Assembly: GCA_051891195.1 (NCBI GenBank)
Contig: JBJFEZ010000061.1
Coordinates: forward strand, 10,178 to 74,177
Direction of reading: 5' to 3'
From: Clostridia bacterium
GTDB lineage: Bacteria; Bacillota; Clostridia; TANB77; CAG-508
Length of the DNA stretch: 64,000 nt
The position numbers and the translations under genes are program-made. Of the stretch, positions 1 to 9,147 are shown piece by piece. Under the pieces are notes generated by a model, which worked only from the letters and a program-made list of their open reading frames with translations, made no database searches and was not told the origin of the DNA. How positions within the stretch are numbered: the first letter of the stretch is position 1; each line of letters starts with the position of its first letter.

Positions 1-313
1 TTATTTGAGACATAATACTGTCATCGTCAATATGACCTATTTTTTCTTTTAATCTGCTTTTATCTATAGTTCGTATTTGTTCTGTTAATATAACAGAATC
101 TGCTTTTAATCCACTTTTTTCTGGTTCTATTTCAATATGGGTTGGTAACTTTGCTTTTCCTGTTTGTGACGTAATTGCTGCTGCAATTACTGTTGGGCTA
201 TGTTTGTTGCCTATATCATTTTGTATTATTAATACGGGCCTAATTCCACCTTGTTCAGAACCTATTACTGGACTTAAGTCTGCATAAAACATATCTCCTC
301 TTTTTACTACCAT
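1..313 (-). CDS. mazF: MazF/EndoA-type endoribonuclease toxin; C-terminus runs past the window start
   Basis: Reverse translation from ATG at 311-313 gives [50 protein letters not shown].., near-identical in pattern to B. subtilis EndoA. Reading frame is still open at position 1. Confidence 0.8.
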   Translation of the reverse strand, partial: MVVKRGDMFYADLSPVIGSEQGGIRPVLIIQNDIGNKHSPTVIAAAITSQTGKAKLPTHIEIEPEKSGLKADSVILTEQIRTIDKSRLKEKIGHIDDDSIMSQI

Positions 314-403
314 TTTTCTTCACTCCTAATTGTTTCTTATTTTGATATATTTTAAGGATTAGCAAAGATAAAAATATAGTTAAAATAGTAGATATTTTTT
401 GTT

Positions 404-1099
404 TTAATATTGTCCTATTGTAATATCTTCTAACTTAAAAGCCAATATCTCCTGTTCTTTTAAACTATTTATTTTTATCTCATTATATAATATGTAAACT
501 ATATTTTTTTGGTTCTTATCTTGTACAACTAATTTTGAAATTTTACCTGTTGCTTTGTCAATAAATAGTTTTTTGTGTGAAATATATGGATTTTGTTGTG
601 ATAATGTTACTTCCATAACAACCATATTATTTTCTTCGTACAGTTTATTATTTGTTTCTGAATTCTTAGCCGCTTTATAATCTTCTATAAAAGAATTAAG
701 CCATAGGAAATTATTTGCTATATATGGATAGTTCTGGTAAACCGTACTTAAGTTTAACTTGGTATTATTTATTGTAAGTACATTTCCATTATATGTTGTT
801 TCTAATCCACTAATATTACTAGGTTCCAATACAGTTTGCTTTTCTATGTTTGGGCTAATATAACTTTGCTTTATTTTATATTTTGTATTATTTTTATTAC
901 CTTCTAATTCAACTTCAATTTCTGCCTCATATGAGCTAATATTTAAAATATATTCTTCAACTTCTTGATTTGTTTTGTTAGTTAAATTATTTCCCAAATT
1001 TAAATTTTTATTAGCATTTTTATAAAAAATATAAATTGTTATTGAAATTATTAATATTACAGCAATTACAATAATAGGTATTATTTTTTTGTTTTTCAT
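404..1099 (-). CDS. Hypothetical membrane-anchored protein (N-terminal TM helix, N/K-rich extracytoplasmic domain)
   Basis: ORF in the track. Likely start MKNKKIIPIIVIAV at 1097-1099, with AGGAG 8 nt upstream. Single hydrophobic helix at the N-terminus. Confidence 0.5.
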   Translation of the reverse strand: MKNKKIIPIIVIAVILIISITIYIFYKNANKNLNLGNNLTNKTNQEVEEYILNISSYEAEIEVELEGNKNNTKYKIKQSYISPNIEKQTVLEPSNISGLETTYNGNVLTINNTKLNLSTVYQNYPYIANNFLWLNSFIEDYKAAKNSETNNKLYEENNMVVMEVTLSQQNPYISHKKLFIDKATGKISKLVVQDKNQKNIVYILYNEIKINSLKEQEILAFKLEDITIGQY

Positions 1100-1171
1100 T
1101 CTATCAACTCCTAAAATTATTCTTTTTAATCTATATTCACCAGTTTTTACCATATGCATAAAAAAATTATA

Positions 1172-1200
1172 TTGACATATAATAGAAAAAGTAGTATACT
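1172..1200 (+). promoter_or_regulatory. Sigma-A-like promoter: TTGACA, 17 nt, TATACT
   Basis: Exact -35 hexamer, 17-nt spacer, near-consensus -10, read directly from the sequence. Confidence 0.5.
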
Positions 1201-1206
1201 ATATTT

Positions 1207-1275
1207 AACTTAAGTTATCAAATGAAGTCAGATAGCTTTTGAACTAAATGGGTTGCAACATTTAGTTCTTTTTTT
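1207..1275 (+). ncRNA. Candidate small terminated transcript of about 70 nt (sRNA or leader)
   Basis: Lies between the strong promoter at 1172-1200 and the hairpin gaactaaatg/catttagttc followed by a T7 run (1241-1275). Contains the motif caaatgaagtcagatagctttt, repeated at 1395-1417. Confidence 0.25.
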
Positions 1276-1280
1276 GACCT

Positions 1281-1313
1281 CAAAAAATAGGAGAGCAGTT
1301 GCATACTCTCCTA
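1281..1313 (-). terminator. Rho-independent terminator downstream of dus
   Basis: Inverted repeat taggagag..ctctccta followed by a T-run on the minus strand. Confidence 0.5.
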
Positions 1314-1492
1314 CAGATTATTTCTAATCTTTTCTGTCATCTGCTTCATCATTATATGTACTTAACAGCAATATAATAAGTCGCCAGATTAATTCAAATG
1401 AAGTCATTTAGCTTTCCCCCTTTCTTAAAGATTTCCTTTGAGAAAAAGGATATAACTATTATATAAAATTTTTCTATATCAATCAATGTTTT

Positions 1493-2465
1493 TTACATTT
1501 TTTGTAAATATTCTTTTATACAGTTTTCTAATTCTTGTTTTGTTTCTATTTGATTTACTTTTTGGCGTATTTCTGTTGCATTTGGTAAGCCTTTTAAATA
1601 ATACGTCATATATTTTCTCATTTCTTTTATACCTGTATTTTCATCTAAATATTTAACTTGTAAATCAATATGCTGCAATATAGTTTGCAATTTTTCTTCT
1701 TTGCTTACTTTTGTAATTTCGCTACCATTTAAATGTTCTATGATTTCTCTAAAAATCCAAGGATTTCCTATACTTGCTCTTCCTATCATTATTCCATCTA
1801 CATTTGTTTGTTCAAATATTTTTATTGCATCTTCTTTTGTTTTTATATCTCCATTTCCGTATTACTGGAATACTTACTTCTTGTTTTACTTTTTTTATAA
1901 TCTCCCAGTCAGCTACGCCTGTATAAAACTGCTCTCTTGTCCTTCCATGAACAGTTATAGCCTTAGCACCTTTTTCTTGTGCTATTTTTGCAAGTTCAAC
2001 TGCAACTATATTTTTTTCATCCCAGCCTTTTCTCATTTTTATTGTGACAGGAACTGTTGAGCTTTGTACTACTGCTTCTATAATATCTCCTGCCAATTTT
2101 AAGTCTAGCATAAGCTTGCTTCCATCTCCATTTTTTACTACTTTTGGAGCAGGGCATCCCATATTTATATCTATTATATCTGCTATTTTACTTACTTGTT
2201 TTGCACTATGTGCCATAGCTTCTACATCATTTCCAAATATTTGAGCAGCTACTGGTCTTTTTTCATTTTCCATATTTAATAGTAAGTTAGTCTTTACATC
2301 ATTGTATAATAAGCCTTTACTGCTTACCATTTCTGTGCATACTAATCCTGGATTATATTTTTCACATATTAAACGAAATGGCAGGTTTGTTATTCCTGCC
2401 ATAGGTGCTAATAATATATTGTTTTTTAATTTTATTTCTCCTATTTTTAGCTCTTTTAAATACAT
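1493..2465 (-). pseudogene. dus: tRNA-dihydrouridine synthase (Dus/DusB family) split into two ORFs by a single-base insertion (plus-strand g at 1859); possibly a sequencing artefact
   Basis: ORFs 1812-2465 and 1493-1789 correspond to the Dus N- and C-terminal parts. Deleting the c in sense ..gta ata c gga aat gga.. restores ..SIPVIGNGDIKTKEDAIKIFEQTNVDGIMIGRASIGNPW.. Confidence 0.8.
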
Positions 2466-2492
2466 ATTTTTTTCCTATATAATATAATTTTT

Positions 2493-3599
2493 TTATTCAG
2501 CAAACAATGACTTTTTTCTACGCCCACTAATATTTAATAAAATAGCAATTAAAATTAAATTTGTAAGCATTGAACTTCCTCCATAGCTAACAAATGGTAA
2601 AGGAATTCCTGTAATTGGTAGTAATCCCATTGTCATTCCTATATTTTCTAACATATGAAAGAAAAATATTCCTGTTATTCCTGTAGCTATATATGTTCCT
2701 AAACTGTCCTTTGCAGTTTTAGCTACCTGTATAGATTTTGTTATTAATACAACATATAAAATTATTACTGCTCCAGCTATAATGAAGCCCATTTCTTCTC
2801 CAATTACAGCAAATATAAAATCTGTAGTTTTTGGGTATAAGTACCCTAATTGAGTTTGATTTCCTTTTAGCAATCCCATCCCAAATAATTGCCCTGCTCC
2901 TATTGCAAGTTTTGATTGAATAATGTTATAGCCTGCCCCTCTTGGGTCTAAGTCTGGGTTTAAATATACGTCAATTCTAGATTTTGCGTGTTCTGGCAAT
3001 ATAAAAAAGTATGCTATTGGCACTAATATAACAACCAATAATGCTACTGCAATAATATATTTTTTATCTATATTTGCTACAAATAACATAAATGCCAAAG
3101 CAAAAATAAATGCTATAGCTGTTCCATAATCGGGCTGTTTTATTATTAATAATGTTGGTACTATTACGCACAAAGTAATTAATCCAAGTTTTAATATATT
3201 ATTTACTCCATTTTTATCATCTTTTTGTATTTTTACTATCACAGATGATGTAAATAGCACTACTGCAATTTTAGTGAATTCTGCAGGCTGAAAAGAAAAT
3301 GGACCTATGCTATACCAGCTAGTAGCTCCATTTATTGGCTGAGTAAAAAGTACCCCTATAAGCAAAACTATACTTAACCCATAAATAACAGGAGAAATTT
3401 TAGCTAGTATTTCATAGTCTATTAAAACTACTATTATCATTATTGGTACACTAATAGCAAGCCACGTTATTTGCTTTTTTAATTCTTCATAATCTGAATT
3501 TTGAGTGGCAGAAAATAATGCAATTAAACCTATTATTATAAGTATTTCAGTGCATATTAAAATTCCCCACTCAATATTTTTTAACATCTTTTTTTTCAT
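2493..3599 (-). CDS. rodA: SEDS-family peptidoglycan polymerase (RodA/FtsW/SpoVE); position after minDE suggests RodA
   Basis: 368 aa, about 10 TM helices, conserved segment GYLYPKTTDFIFAVIGEEMGFI. Synteny minD-minE-rodA. Confidence 0.75.
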   Translation of the reverse strand: MKKKMLKNIEWGILICTEILIIIGLIALFSATQNSDYEELKKQITWLAISVPIMIIVVLIDYEILAKISPVIYGLSIVLLIGVLFTQPINGATSWYSIGPFSFQPAEFTKIAVVLFTSSVIVKIQKDDKNGVNNILKLGLITLCVIVPTLLIIKQPDYGTAIAFIFALAFMLFVANIDKKYIIAVALLVVILVPIAYFFILPEHAKSRIDVYLNPDLDPRGAGYNIIQSKLAIGAGQLFGMGLLKGNQTQLGYLYPKTTDFIFAVIGEEMGFIIAGAVIILYVVLITKSIQVAKTAKDSLGTYIATGITGIFFFHMLENIGMTMGLLPITGIPLPFVSYGGSSMLTNLILIAILLNISGRRKKSLFAE

Positions 3600-3618
3600 T
3601 GTTATCCTCTATAATAAA

Positions 3619-4269
3619 TTAATTGTTTGATGTTGCTTCTTCTTTTTTATCTTCTTCTACCGTATTATCTTTTGTAGTTTCTATATTTTCTCCTTGTATT
3701 TTATTTTCTTCTTTATTATCTTGTTTTTCTTCTATATTATTCTCTTCTTGACGGTTTTCTTGTGTTTTATTGTTTGCTTGTTCATCTTGCTTATTTTCTT
3801 GTTGTTCTGTTTGTTCTTCTGCTTTATTTTCAGTTTTGTCATTTAGTTCTTTTGTTTCTTGGCCATCTTCTTTGGGTTTCTCTTCTTTTTCGTCTTTATT
3901 TTCTTTTGTCTCTTTATTACTGCTTTTTTCTTCTTGTTTTTCTTTATTTGGCACATTTAACTTTCTTGCTTCATTTTTTATTGTAACTATTGGAATATTT
4001 GCATATAAAGCTGGTGCTCCAACAGTTCCGTCCTCATTTGTTTTATTAGTTAAATGTACATCAATAGCAGACTCGTCAATATCTATATATTTTTTTATTA
4101 CCTCTATTATTTCTTGTCTCATTAATTCTAGGAAGTCAGCAGATACGTTAGCTCTATCTTGCATTAAAACCAAATGTAATCTTTCTTTTGCTGTATCTGA
4201 ACTTTCTTTGTTTTTTTCTTTTTCTTTTTTTACAAGTTTTTTAAAGAAATTCATTATATTATCAAACAT
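3619..4269 (-). CDS. minE: Cell division topological specificity factor MinE with an unusual ~130-aa K/E/N/Q-rich low-complexity C-terminal extension
   Basis: N-terminal 85 aa (..TAKERLHLVLMQDRANVSADFLELMRQEIIEVIKKYIDID..ANIPIVTIK) match MinE. The rest is a low-complexity tail in the same ORF. Confidence 0.8.
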   Translation of the reverse strand: MFDNIMNFFKKLVKKEKEKNKESSDTAKERLHLVLMQDRANVSADFLELMRQEIIEVIKKYIDIDESAIDVHLTNKTNEDGTVGAPALYANIPIVTIKNEARKLNVPNKEKQEEKSSNKETKENKDEKEEKPKEDGQETKELNDKTENKAEEQTEQQENKQDEQANNKTQENRQEENNIEEKQDNKEENKIQGENIETTKDNTVEEDKKEEATSNN

Positions 4270-4287
4270 ATTATGCCTCCAAGTATA

Positions 4288-5079
4288 TTATTTTCTGAAT
4301 AAATCTTTTATCTTTGTAAAAACTCCCTTCTTCCTTCCTGGAATAGTAACTTCTACGTTTTCTCCTAAAATTCTGCTAGCTATTTCTATATATGCTTTTC
4401 CTGATGGTGCTCTATGATTTGTTACAACTGGCTCTCCTTTATTAGTTTGTGTAATAATGTATTCATCATCTGGCACAACACCAATTAAGTCAATAGATAA
4501 TAAATCAACTATATCTTCAACCTCCATCATTTCGCCTTTTTTTACCATATTTGGTCTTAGACGATTAATAACTAGTTCTGGATTTTTTATTTCGGATGCT
4601 TCCAATAGTCCAATAATTCTGTCTGCATCACGAATAGCAGATATTTCTGCTGTTGTTACAACAACTGCTCTACTTGCTCCTGCAATGGCATTTTTAAAGC
4701 CTTGCTCTATTCCTGCTGGGCAGTCTATTAAAATATAGTCAAATTCTTCTTTTAATTTTTCTGTTAATTCTTTCATTTGTTCTTCATTAATTGCACTTTT
4801 ATCTCTTGTTTGAGCTGCTGGAAGTAAAAATAATTCTTCAAAGCGCTTGTCTTTAATAAGAGCTTGTCTTAATTTACATTTTTCTTCTACAACATCTACT
4901 ATGTCATACACTATTCTATTTTCTAATCCCATTACAACATCTAGGTTTCTTAGACCAATGTCTGTGTCAACTAATACTACTTTTTTTCCTCTTAAAGCTA
5001 AAGCTGAACCTACATTAGCTGTTGTTGTAGTTTTTCCAACTCCACCTTTTCCAGATGTAACTACTATGACTTCTCCCAT
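4288..5079 (-). CDS. minD: Septum site-determining ATPase MinD
   Basis: Deviant Walker A motif VTSGKGGVGKTTTTANVG, 263 aa, followed by minE. Confidence 0.9.
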   Translation of the reverse strand: MGEVIVVTSGKGGVGKTTTTANVGSALALRGKKVVLVDTDIGLRNLDVVMGLENRIVYDIVDVVEEKCKLRQALIKDKRFEELFLLPAAQTRDKSAINEEQMKELTEKLKEEFDYILIDCPAGIEQGFKNAIAGASRAVVVTTAEISAIRDADRIIGLLEASEIKNPELVINRLRPNMVKKGEMMEVEDIVDLLSIDLIGVVPDDEYIITQTNKGEPVVTNHRAPSGKAYIEIASRILGENVEVTIPGRKKGVFTKIKDLFRK

Positions 5080-5240
5080 AAATTTTCCTCCCTGTTTATT
5101 AAAAGCAATTCCTTTTGGCTTTTATTTTAAAAGTGCATTACTTAAAACATTTATATTATATACGCAAATACTAAAAAGGTCAATGTCTAAAGAAAAAAAA
5201 TAAAAAGTTACCAGTGAATATAACTTTTTATTTTTTTATT

Positions 5241-6245
5241 TTATTCAAGCCTTAGCCATGTAATTTTAGCATATCCGTTACCAGTGTTCGCTCCATCTGT
5301 TCCAGTTGCTGAAGTATCTAATGACCAGCTATTGGTTTGGTATGTGTTTGTACCTTTACACCATCCACCACCATAAGTGCAGTTATCGTCAGTAGAGCCG
5401 CCTCCTCCATAGCCGCCTTGTGCGCGTCCACTATTACGAGTATAAAAAGAACCTTTCGCATCATAAGAAATAAATTGTGAAATTCCCATTACATTTGTTA
5501 TACTTGAACTTGTTGTTCCAGCATTTGTTGTTGTTGAATATGCTGTAAAATTATTAGGCGATTTATAACTTGCTGCTTGTCCATCATACCCAACAATAGG
5601 ATCTCTTTTATTAGTATTTATTCTATATCCAGCATCTTCACTACCACTTCCACCTGCAACAGCTAATAAAGTTTCATAATTAGTGGTTCCTTTAGTAAAC
5701 TGATATCTTGTATCTGTTATAGAGGAAATTCTCTTGAAAGCAAAACTCCCTCCTCCTCCTCCTCCTGATGTTCCATCATTTGCGATTGCGTTTGTACAAG
5801 TTCCTTGTCCTCCAATAATTAAATCTACTACATCACCTTTTTTTAATGTAAATGTCGCTACAATTTTTGCTCCTTTTCCTCCAGTATCACTCCAAGATGT
5901 ATTATAATTATTTCCTTGAGAGCCAGAAGCTCCTGCCATTTCAAAAGAATATACGCCGTCAGCTGGTGCTGTAAAAGTTTGTAAATTTCCTGTAAAACTA
6001 TAATCAAATACTTTTATTGCTGGTATTAACTTATCAACTTGTGCTTGATATACTTTTTCTGCATTTTCATTTTCATATACCTCTTTTATTTTTATTAGCG
6101 TTGTTATTTGATTTTTTCTTACACCTACTGCTACCATATATATAGCTGATAGTATAACTATAAAGGTTACTATGCAAGCTCCAACATATATGGATATTAT
6201 GCCTTTTGATCCTTTTAAAATACTTTTCTTTTGCATATATTTCAC
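5241..6245 (-). CDS. Membrane-anchored glycine-rich repeat protein (Gly_rich-like domain), function unknown; sits where minC is expected
   Basis: N-terminal TM helix, then G/S/T/N-rich segments (GGGGGGSF, GGYGGGGS, GGGWCKG). No similarity to MinC is recognisable. Confidence 0.5.
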   Translation of the reverse strand: MKYMQKKSILKGSKGIISIYVGACIVTFIVILSAIYMVAVGVRKNQITTLIKIKEVYENENAEKVYQAQVDKLIPAIKVFDYSFTGNLQTFTAPADGVYSFEMAGASGSQGNNYNTSWSDTGGKGAKIVATFTLKKGDVVDLIIGGQGTCTNAIANDGTSGGGGGGSFAFKRISSITDTRYQFTKGTTNYETLLAVAGGSGSEDAGYRINTNKRDPIVGYDGQAASYKSPNNFTAYSTTTNAGTTSSSITNVMGISQFISYDAKGSFYTRNSGRAQGGYGGGGSTDDNCTYGGGWCKGTNTYQTNSWSLDTSATGTDGANTGNGYAKITWLRLE

Positions 6246-6297
6246 TTTCCTTTTTCTCTTTTTTCTATTTATATAATAATGTAAAAATAAATTATTG

Positions 6298-7533
6298 TCA
6301 ATTATTTTTCTTTATCCAATTTATTCTTTCTTGGTGTAATTTTTTACCAAATTCTTCTCCTTTAATATTAGGATATTTTTGGTTTATAAACTCTCCATTT
6401 ATTTTGTTTAAACATTCTTTTCCTATAGTATCAAATGTAATTTTGTCATATATATTTTCTTGCCTTGATTTATCACAAGCTACAACTATTTTCATTCCTT
6501 CTAAGCCTAACATAGAATTTGCTACATTTTCTATTAATTCTACCTTTTTCTTTGGTGTCATTTGTTCAAAAATTCCTGCCTTCATATGCCATTTAGCTGC
6601 TGTTTTTCCGCATTTTTTCCATGAGTTTGGTACCCCTATTTTACTACTAAAATTATTTACTATTTTTACACCTTTTTCATCGTGCCCATAATGATGTGGC
6701 AATATTTTTTTTGGTGTTTCTCCTTTACCCAAGTCGTGTACTAGGCAGCTATAACGTATAGCTAAATTATTAGTAAAATTTACACTTTTATCTACTACTA
6801 TCATAGTATGATTATAGCTATCCCCTTCAGGATGATATTTTTCTGGCTGTATTTGTCCTATTAAATTATAAATTTCTTTAAAATGTACATCTAATACATT
6901 AGCTTTTTTTAATACCTCAAAAAATATTGATGGTTTATTACTTGCTAAGGCTTTTTTAAATTCAATAAATACTCTTTCTTTTGATAAAGTATTTAACTCT
7001 GGTTTCAATTTTTCCATTGCTTTTAATGTTTGTTCTTCTACTGTAAATTCTAATGTAGCCGCAAATCTAGCTGTACGGTATACTCTTAGAGGATCCTCTG
7101 AAAATGCCTCTGTGGTATTTCTTAAGCTTTGGCTTTTTATATCTTTAATTCCATTAAAAGGGTCTATTATTTCTTGTGTCAGCACATTTTGAGCTATACT
7201 ATTTATAGTTAAATCTCTTCTTGCTAAATCTTCTTGTATGGTAATATTAGAAGATGTATTAAATTCAAAATCTTTATGCCCTTGCCCTATTTTTCTTTCT
7301 TTTCTTGCTAATGCAATTTCTTTATTATTTAAAATAAATACAGGAAAGCTTTTTCCTTGTATTTTTGCTTGTGGAAATAACTGCATAAATTTTTCTACAG
7401 TAAGCCCTGTTACACAGTAATCTTCGTCTATTGTTGGTTTATTTAAAATTTTATCTCTAACAGCTCCACCAACTAAGTATAACTGTCCACCCTCTTTATT
7501 TATTTTCTCCGCTATTTCTAACATATCTTGCAT
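6298..7533 (-). CDS. cca: CCA-adding tRNA nucleotidyltransferase with HD domain
   Basis: GGAVRD nucleotidyltransferase motif, ARRDLTINS, and an HD-domain region containing HD..HD pairs. Confidence 0.85.
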   Translation of the reverse strand: MQDMLEIAEKINKEGGQLYLVGGAVRDKILNKPTIDEDYCVTGLTVEKFMQLFPQAKIQGKSFPVFILNNKEIALARKERKIGQGHKDFEFNTSSNITIQEDLARRDLTINSIAQNVLTQEIIDPFNGIKDIKSQSLRNTTEAFSEDPLRVYRTARFAATLEFTVEEQTLKAMEKLKPELNTLSKERVFIEFKKALASNKPSIFFEVLKKANVLDVHFKEIYNLIGQIQPEKYHPEGDSYNHTMIVVDKSVNFTNNLAIRYSCLVHDLGKGETPKKILPHHYGHDEKGVKIVNNFSSKIGVPNSWKKCGKTAAKWHMKAGIFEQMTPKKKVELIENVANSMLGLEGMKIVVACDKSRQENIYDKITFDTIGKECLNKINGEFINQKYPNIKGEEFGKKLHQERINWIKKNN

Positions 7534-7565
7534 TTTAAATTTTCCTTTACCAGTATTTTTTTCTT

Positions 7566-7594
7566 ATTATACTCACTTTTTTATTTTTTTACAA
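7566..7594 (-). promoter_or_regulatory. Promoter for cca (minus strand: TTGTAA, 17 nt, TATAAT, with TG two nt upstream)
   Basis: Reverse complement reads ttgtaa-aaaaataaaaaagtgag-tataat about 30 nt upstream of the cca start. Confidence 0.45.
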
Positions 7595-7644
7595 ATATAT
7601 TGTTACAATTTACAACTTATTTACATATTTAAAAAACTAAATAA

Positions 7645-7791
7645 AAGTTGTCATATATTTGTTTTTCAAGCGAATTAAGGTGGGGACCGACAAGTTAAAA
7701 ACCGTTAGCGAATTGCACCGTGAGTAAAGCAAGTCGCTTTACGGTTTCTTATGCAGTTGGGGTGAGCAGAAAAATAAATATATGACAACTT
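7645..7791. ncRNA. Candidate structured RNA of about 147 nt closed by a 23-bp terminal stem (6S-like architecture?)
   Basis: aagttgtcatatatttgtttttc (7645-7667) is complementary to gaaaaataaatatatgacaactt (7769-7791) with one mismatch. They enclose a GC-richer core with internal hairpins (gtaaagc/gctttac). Not inside any ORF, and upstream of the cca promoter. Confidence 0.3.
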
Positions 7792-7875
7792 AATAATAAC
7801 GTTTCTATGAACTTTAACAATATATTTTACAATGTTTATTATTTTTAAAATTATTGTAATAAAGAAAAAAATTAT

Positions 7876-7904
7876 TTGACAAGATTTGTAAATTATGCTA
7901 TTAT
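7876..7904 (+). promoter_or_regulatory. Consensus sigma-A promoter: TTGACA, 17 nt, TATTAT
   Basis: Read directly: ttgaca agatttgtaaattatgc tattat. Confidence 0.5.
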
Positions 7905-7910
7905 ATACTT

Positions 7911-7988
7911 ACATTAAGCAATGTACTCTAGCTCGGATTGTGTATATTGTTTGCTCGTATGTGTATCGTAACTACACATACTTTTTTA
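7911..7988 (+). ncRNA. Candidate sRNA of about 78 nt between the consensus promoter and an intrinsic terminator
   Basis: Terminator hairpin gtatgtgta-tcgtaac-tacacatac followed by tttttt (7957-7987). No ORF with an RBS in between. Confidence 0.3.
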
Positions 7989-7994
7989 TGTTCA

Positions 7995-8030
7995 AAAAGT
8001 AAGGAAGCTTCGTAACAGCTTCCTTACTTT
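7995..8030 (-). terminator. Intrinsic terminator of the small minus-strand ORF
   Basis: 13-bp stem agtaaggaagct/agcttccttact with loop tcgtaac, then ttttt on the minus strand. Confidence 0.6.
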
Positions 8031-8049
8031 CGACTATGTATGACACATT

Positions 8050-8160
8050 TTAGTCTTTACTCTTCTTTGTTTTTTCTACTTGTGATTGAAGATTGTTGTT
8101 TTTGTCTTTTTCTTCTAAAAGTTTTTCAATCAACTTGAGAATAAGCTCGGCTTGTGTCAT
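8050..8160 (-). CDS. Small hypothetical protein, 36 aa (MTQAELILKLIEKLLEEKDKNNNLQSQVEKTKKSKD)
   Basis: Strong RBS aaagggggtaaataag immediately upstream of the ATG, and an intrinsic terminator 20 nt downstream. Below the 60-aa cutoff of the ORF track. Confidence 0.45.
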   Translation of the reverse strand: MTQAELILKLIEKLLEEKDKNNNLQSQVEKTKKSKD

Positions 8161-8458
8161 CTTATTTACCCCCTTTCTATTTTTATGTAAAAAATTACCT
8201 TTTGACAATGAAAGGTTAATATCATATTACAATATTTTCCAATTTAATTCAAGCGAACAGTTTAAAATTCTACAAATATATTTTTACAATGTTTAACCAA
8301 AAATAGAATACTAATATTGGCAGAAAATAATAAATTTTCTTGCACAAATAGAATTATGCTTTCATCAATGTTAAACGTTGCAATATACTTAGTTTAAAAT
8401 AAAATATTAAAGCCAAACCATTATCTTGTAAAATTTATAATATTAGTGTTTTTATTTC

Positions 8459-8487
8459 TTGACATTGAGTATATTTAAGAATAGAAT
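8459..8487 (+). promoter_or_regulatory. Promoter of the oxidoreductase operon (TTGACA, 17 nt, TAGAAT)
   Basis: Read directly, 35 nt upstream of the RBS aaaggagg. Confidence 0.45.
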
Positions 8488-8522
8488 AATAGTTGTAAAA
8501 TAAAAAAGGAGGAAAACTGCTT

Positions 8523-9101
8523 ATGAGTAATTTAGTTGAAATTAGATGGCACGGTAGAGGCGGTCAAGGTGCTAAAACAGCTTCTCTTTTATTAGCAGAT
8601 GCTGCTTTTAACACAGGAAAATACATTCAAGGCTTTCCAGAATATGGACCTGAAAGAATGGGTGCTCCTATTACTGCATATAACCGTATTAGTAATGACC
8701 CAATTCGTATTCATAGTAATATTTATGAACCTGACTATGTTGTAGTTGTAGATGATAGTCTACTAGAAGCAGTAGATGTAACAGCTGGTTTAAAGCCAAG
8801 TGGTGCTATAGTTATTAATACTACTAAAGAAGGAGAAGAATTAAAACCTTTACTTAAAGGCTACACTGGAGATATTTATACTATTGATGCACGAAAAATA
8901 TCTATAGAAGCCTTAGGCAAATATTTTCCAAATACTCCAATGCTTGCAGCTGTTGTAAAAGTGTCTGGAGTTATTGAAGAAAAAGACTTTTTAACAGATA
9001 TGGAAGGATCTTTTAAACATAAATTTGCTAAGAAACCTGAAGTTATTGAAGGCAATATGAAAGCTTTAGAAATGGCTTTAAAAGAAGTAAAAAAAATATA
9101 A
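8523..9101 (+). CDS. 2-oxoacid:ferredoxin oxidoreductase, gamma subunit (POR/VOR family)
   Basis: 192 aa, MSNLVEIRWHGRGGQGAKTASLLLADAAF typical of the gamma subunit. First gene of a gamma-delta-alpha-beta operon. Confidence 0.85.
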   Translation: MSNLVEIRWHGRGGQGAKTASLLLADAAFNTGKYIQGFPEYGPERMGAPITAYNRISNDPIRIHSNIYEPDYVVVVDDSLLEAVDVTAGLKPSGAIVINTTKEGEELKPLLKGYTGDIYTIDARKISIEALGKYFPNTPMLAAVVKVSGVIEEKDFLTDMEGSFKHKFAKKPEVIEGNMKALEMALKEVKKI

Positions 9102-9147
9102 TGTTAAAATAACTCGCCTTAAATAACAAAAAGAAAGGATGGTAAAA

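Noticed and set aside
314-403. Expected mazE/antitoxin gene upstream of the mazF-like toxin
   Set aside because: Only 90 nt of AT-rich sequence with no ORF. The next gene is a 232-aa membrane protein. The antitoxin is either absent or the pair is arranged differently. The toxin C-terminus also runs off the window edge.
3762-4417. Plus-strand ORFs 3762-3986 and 3770-4417 (and similar L/F/S-rich ORFs such as 1701-2060, 2044-2244, 36614-37183, 40258-40851, 55393-55872)
   Set aside because: They lie antisense to well-supported genes (minE, dus, typA, GT4, cmk) and have low-complexity compositions typical of shadow ORFs in AT-rich DNA.
8093-8296. ORF-track CDS 8093-8296 (+), 67 aa
   Set aside because: It overlaps the better-supported minus-strand 36-aa ORF (strong RBS and terminator). 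It has no RBS of its own and an L/F/S-rich shadow-like composition.
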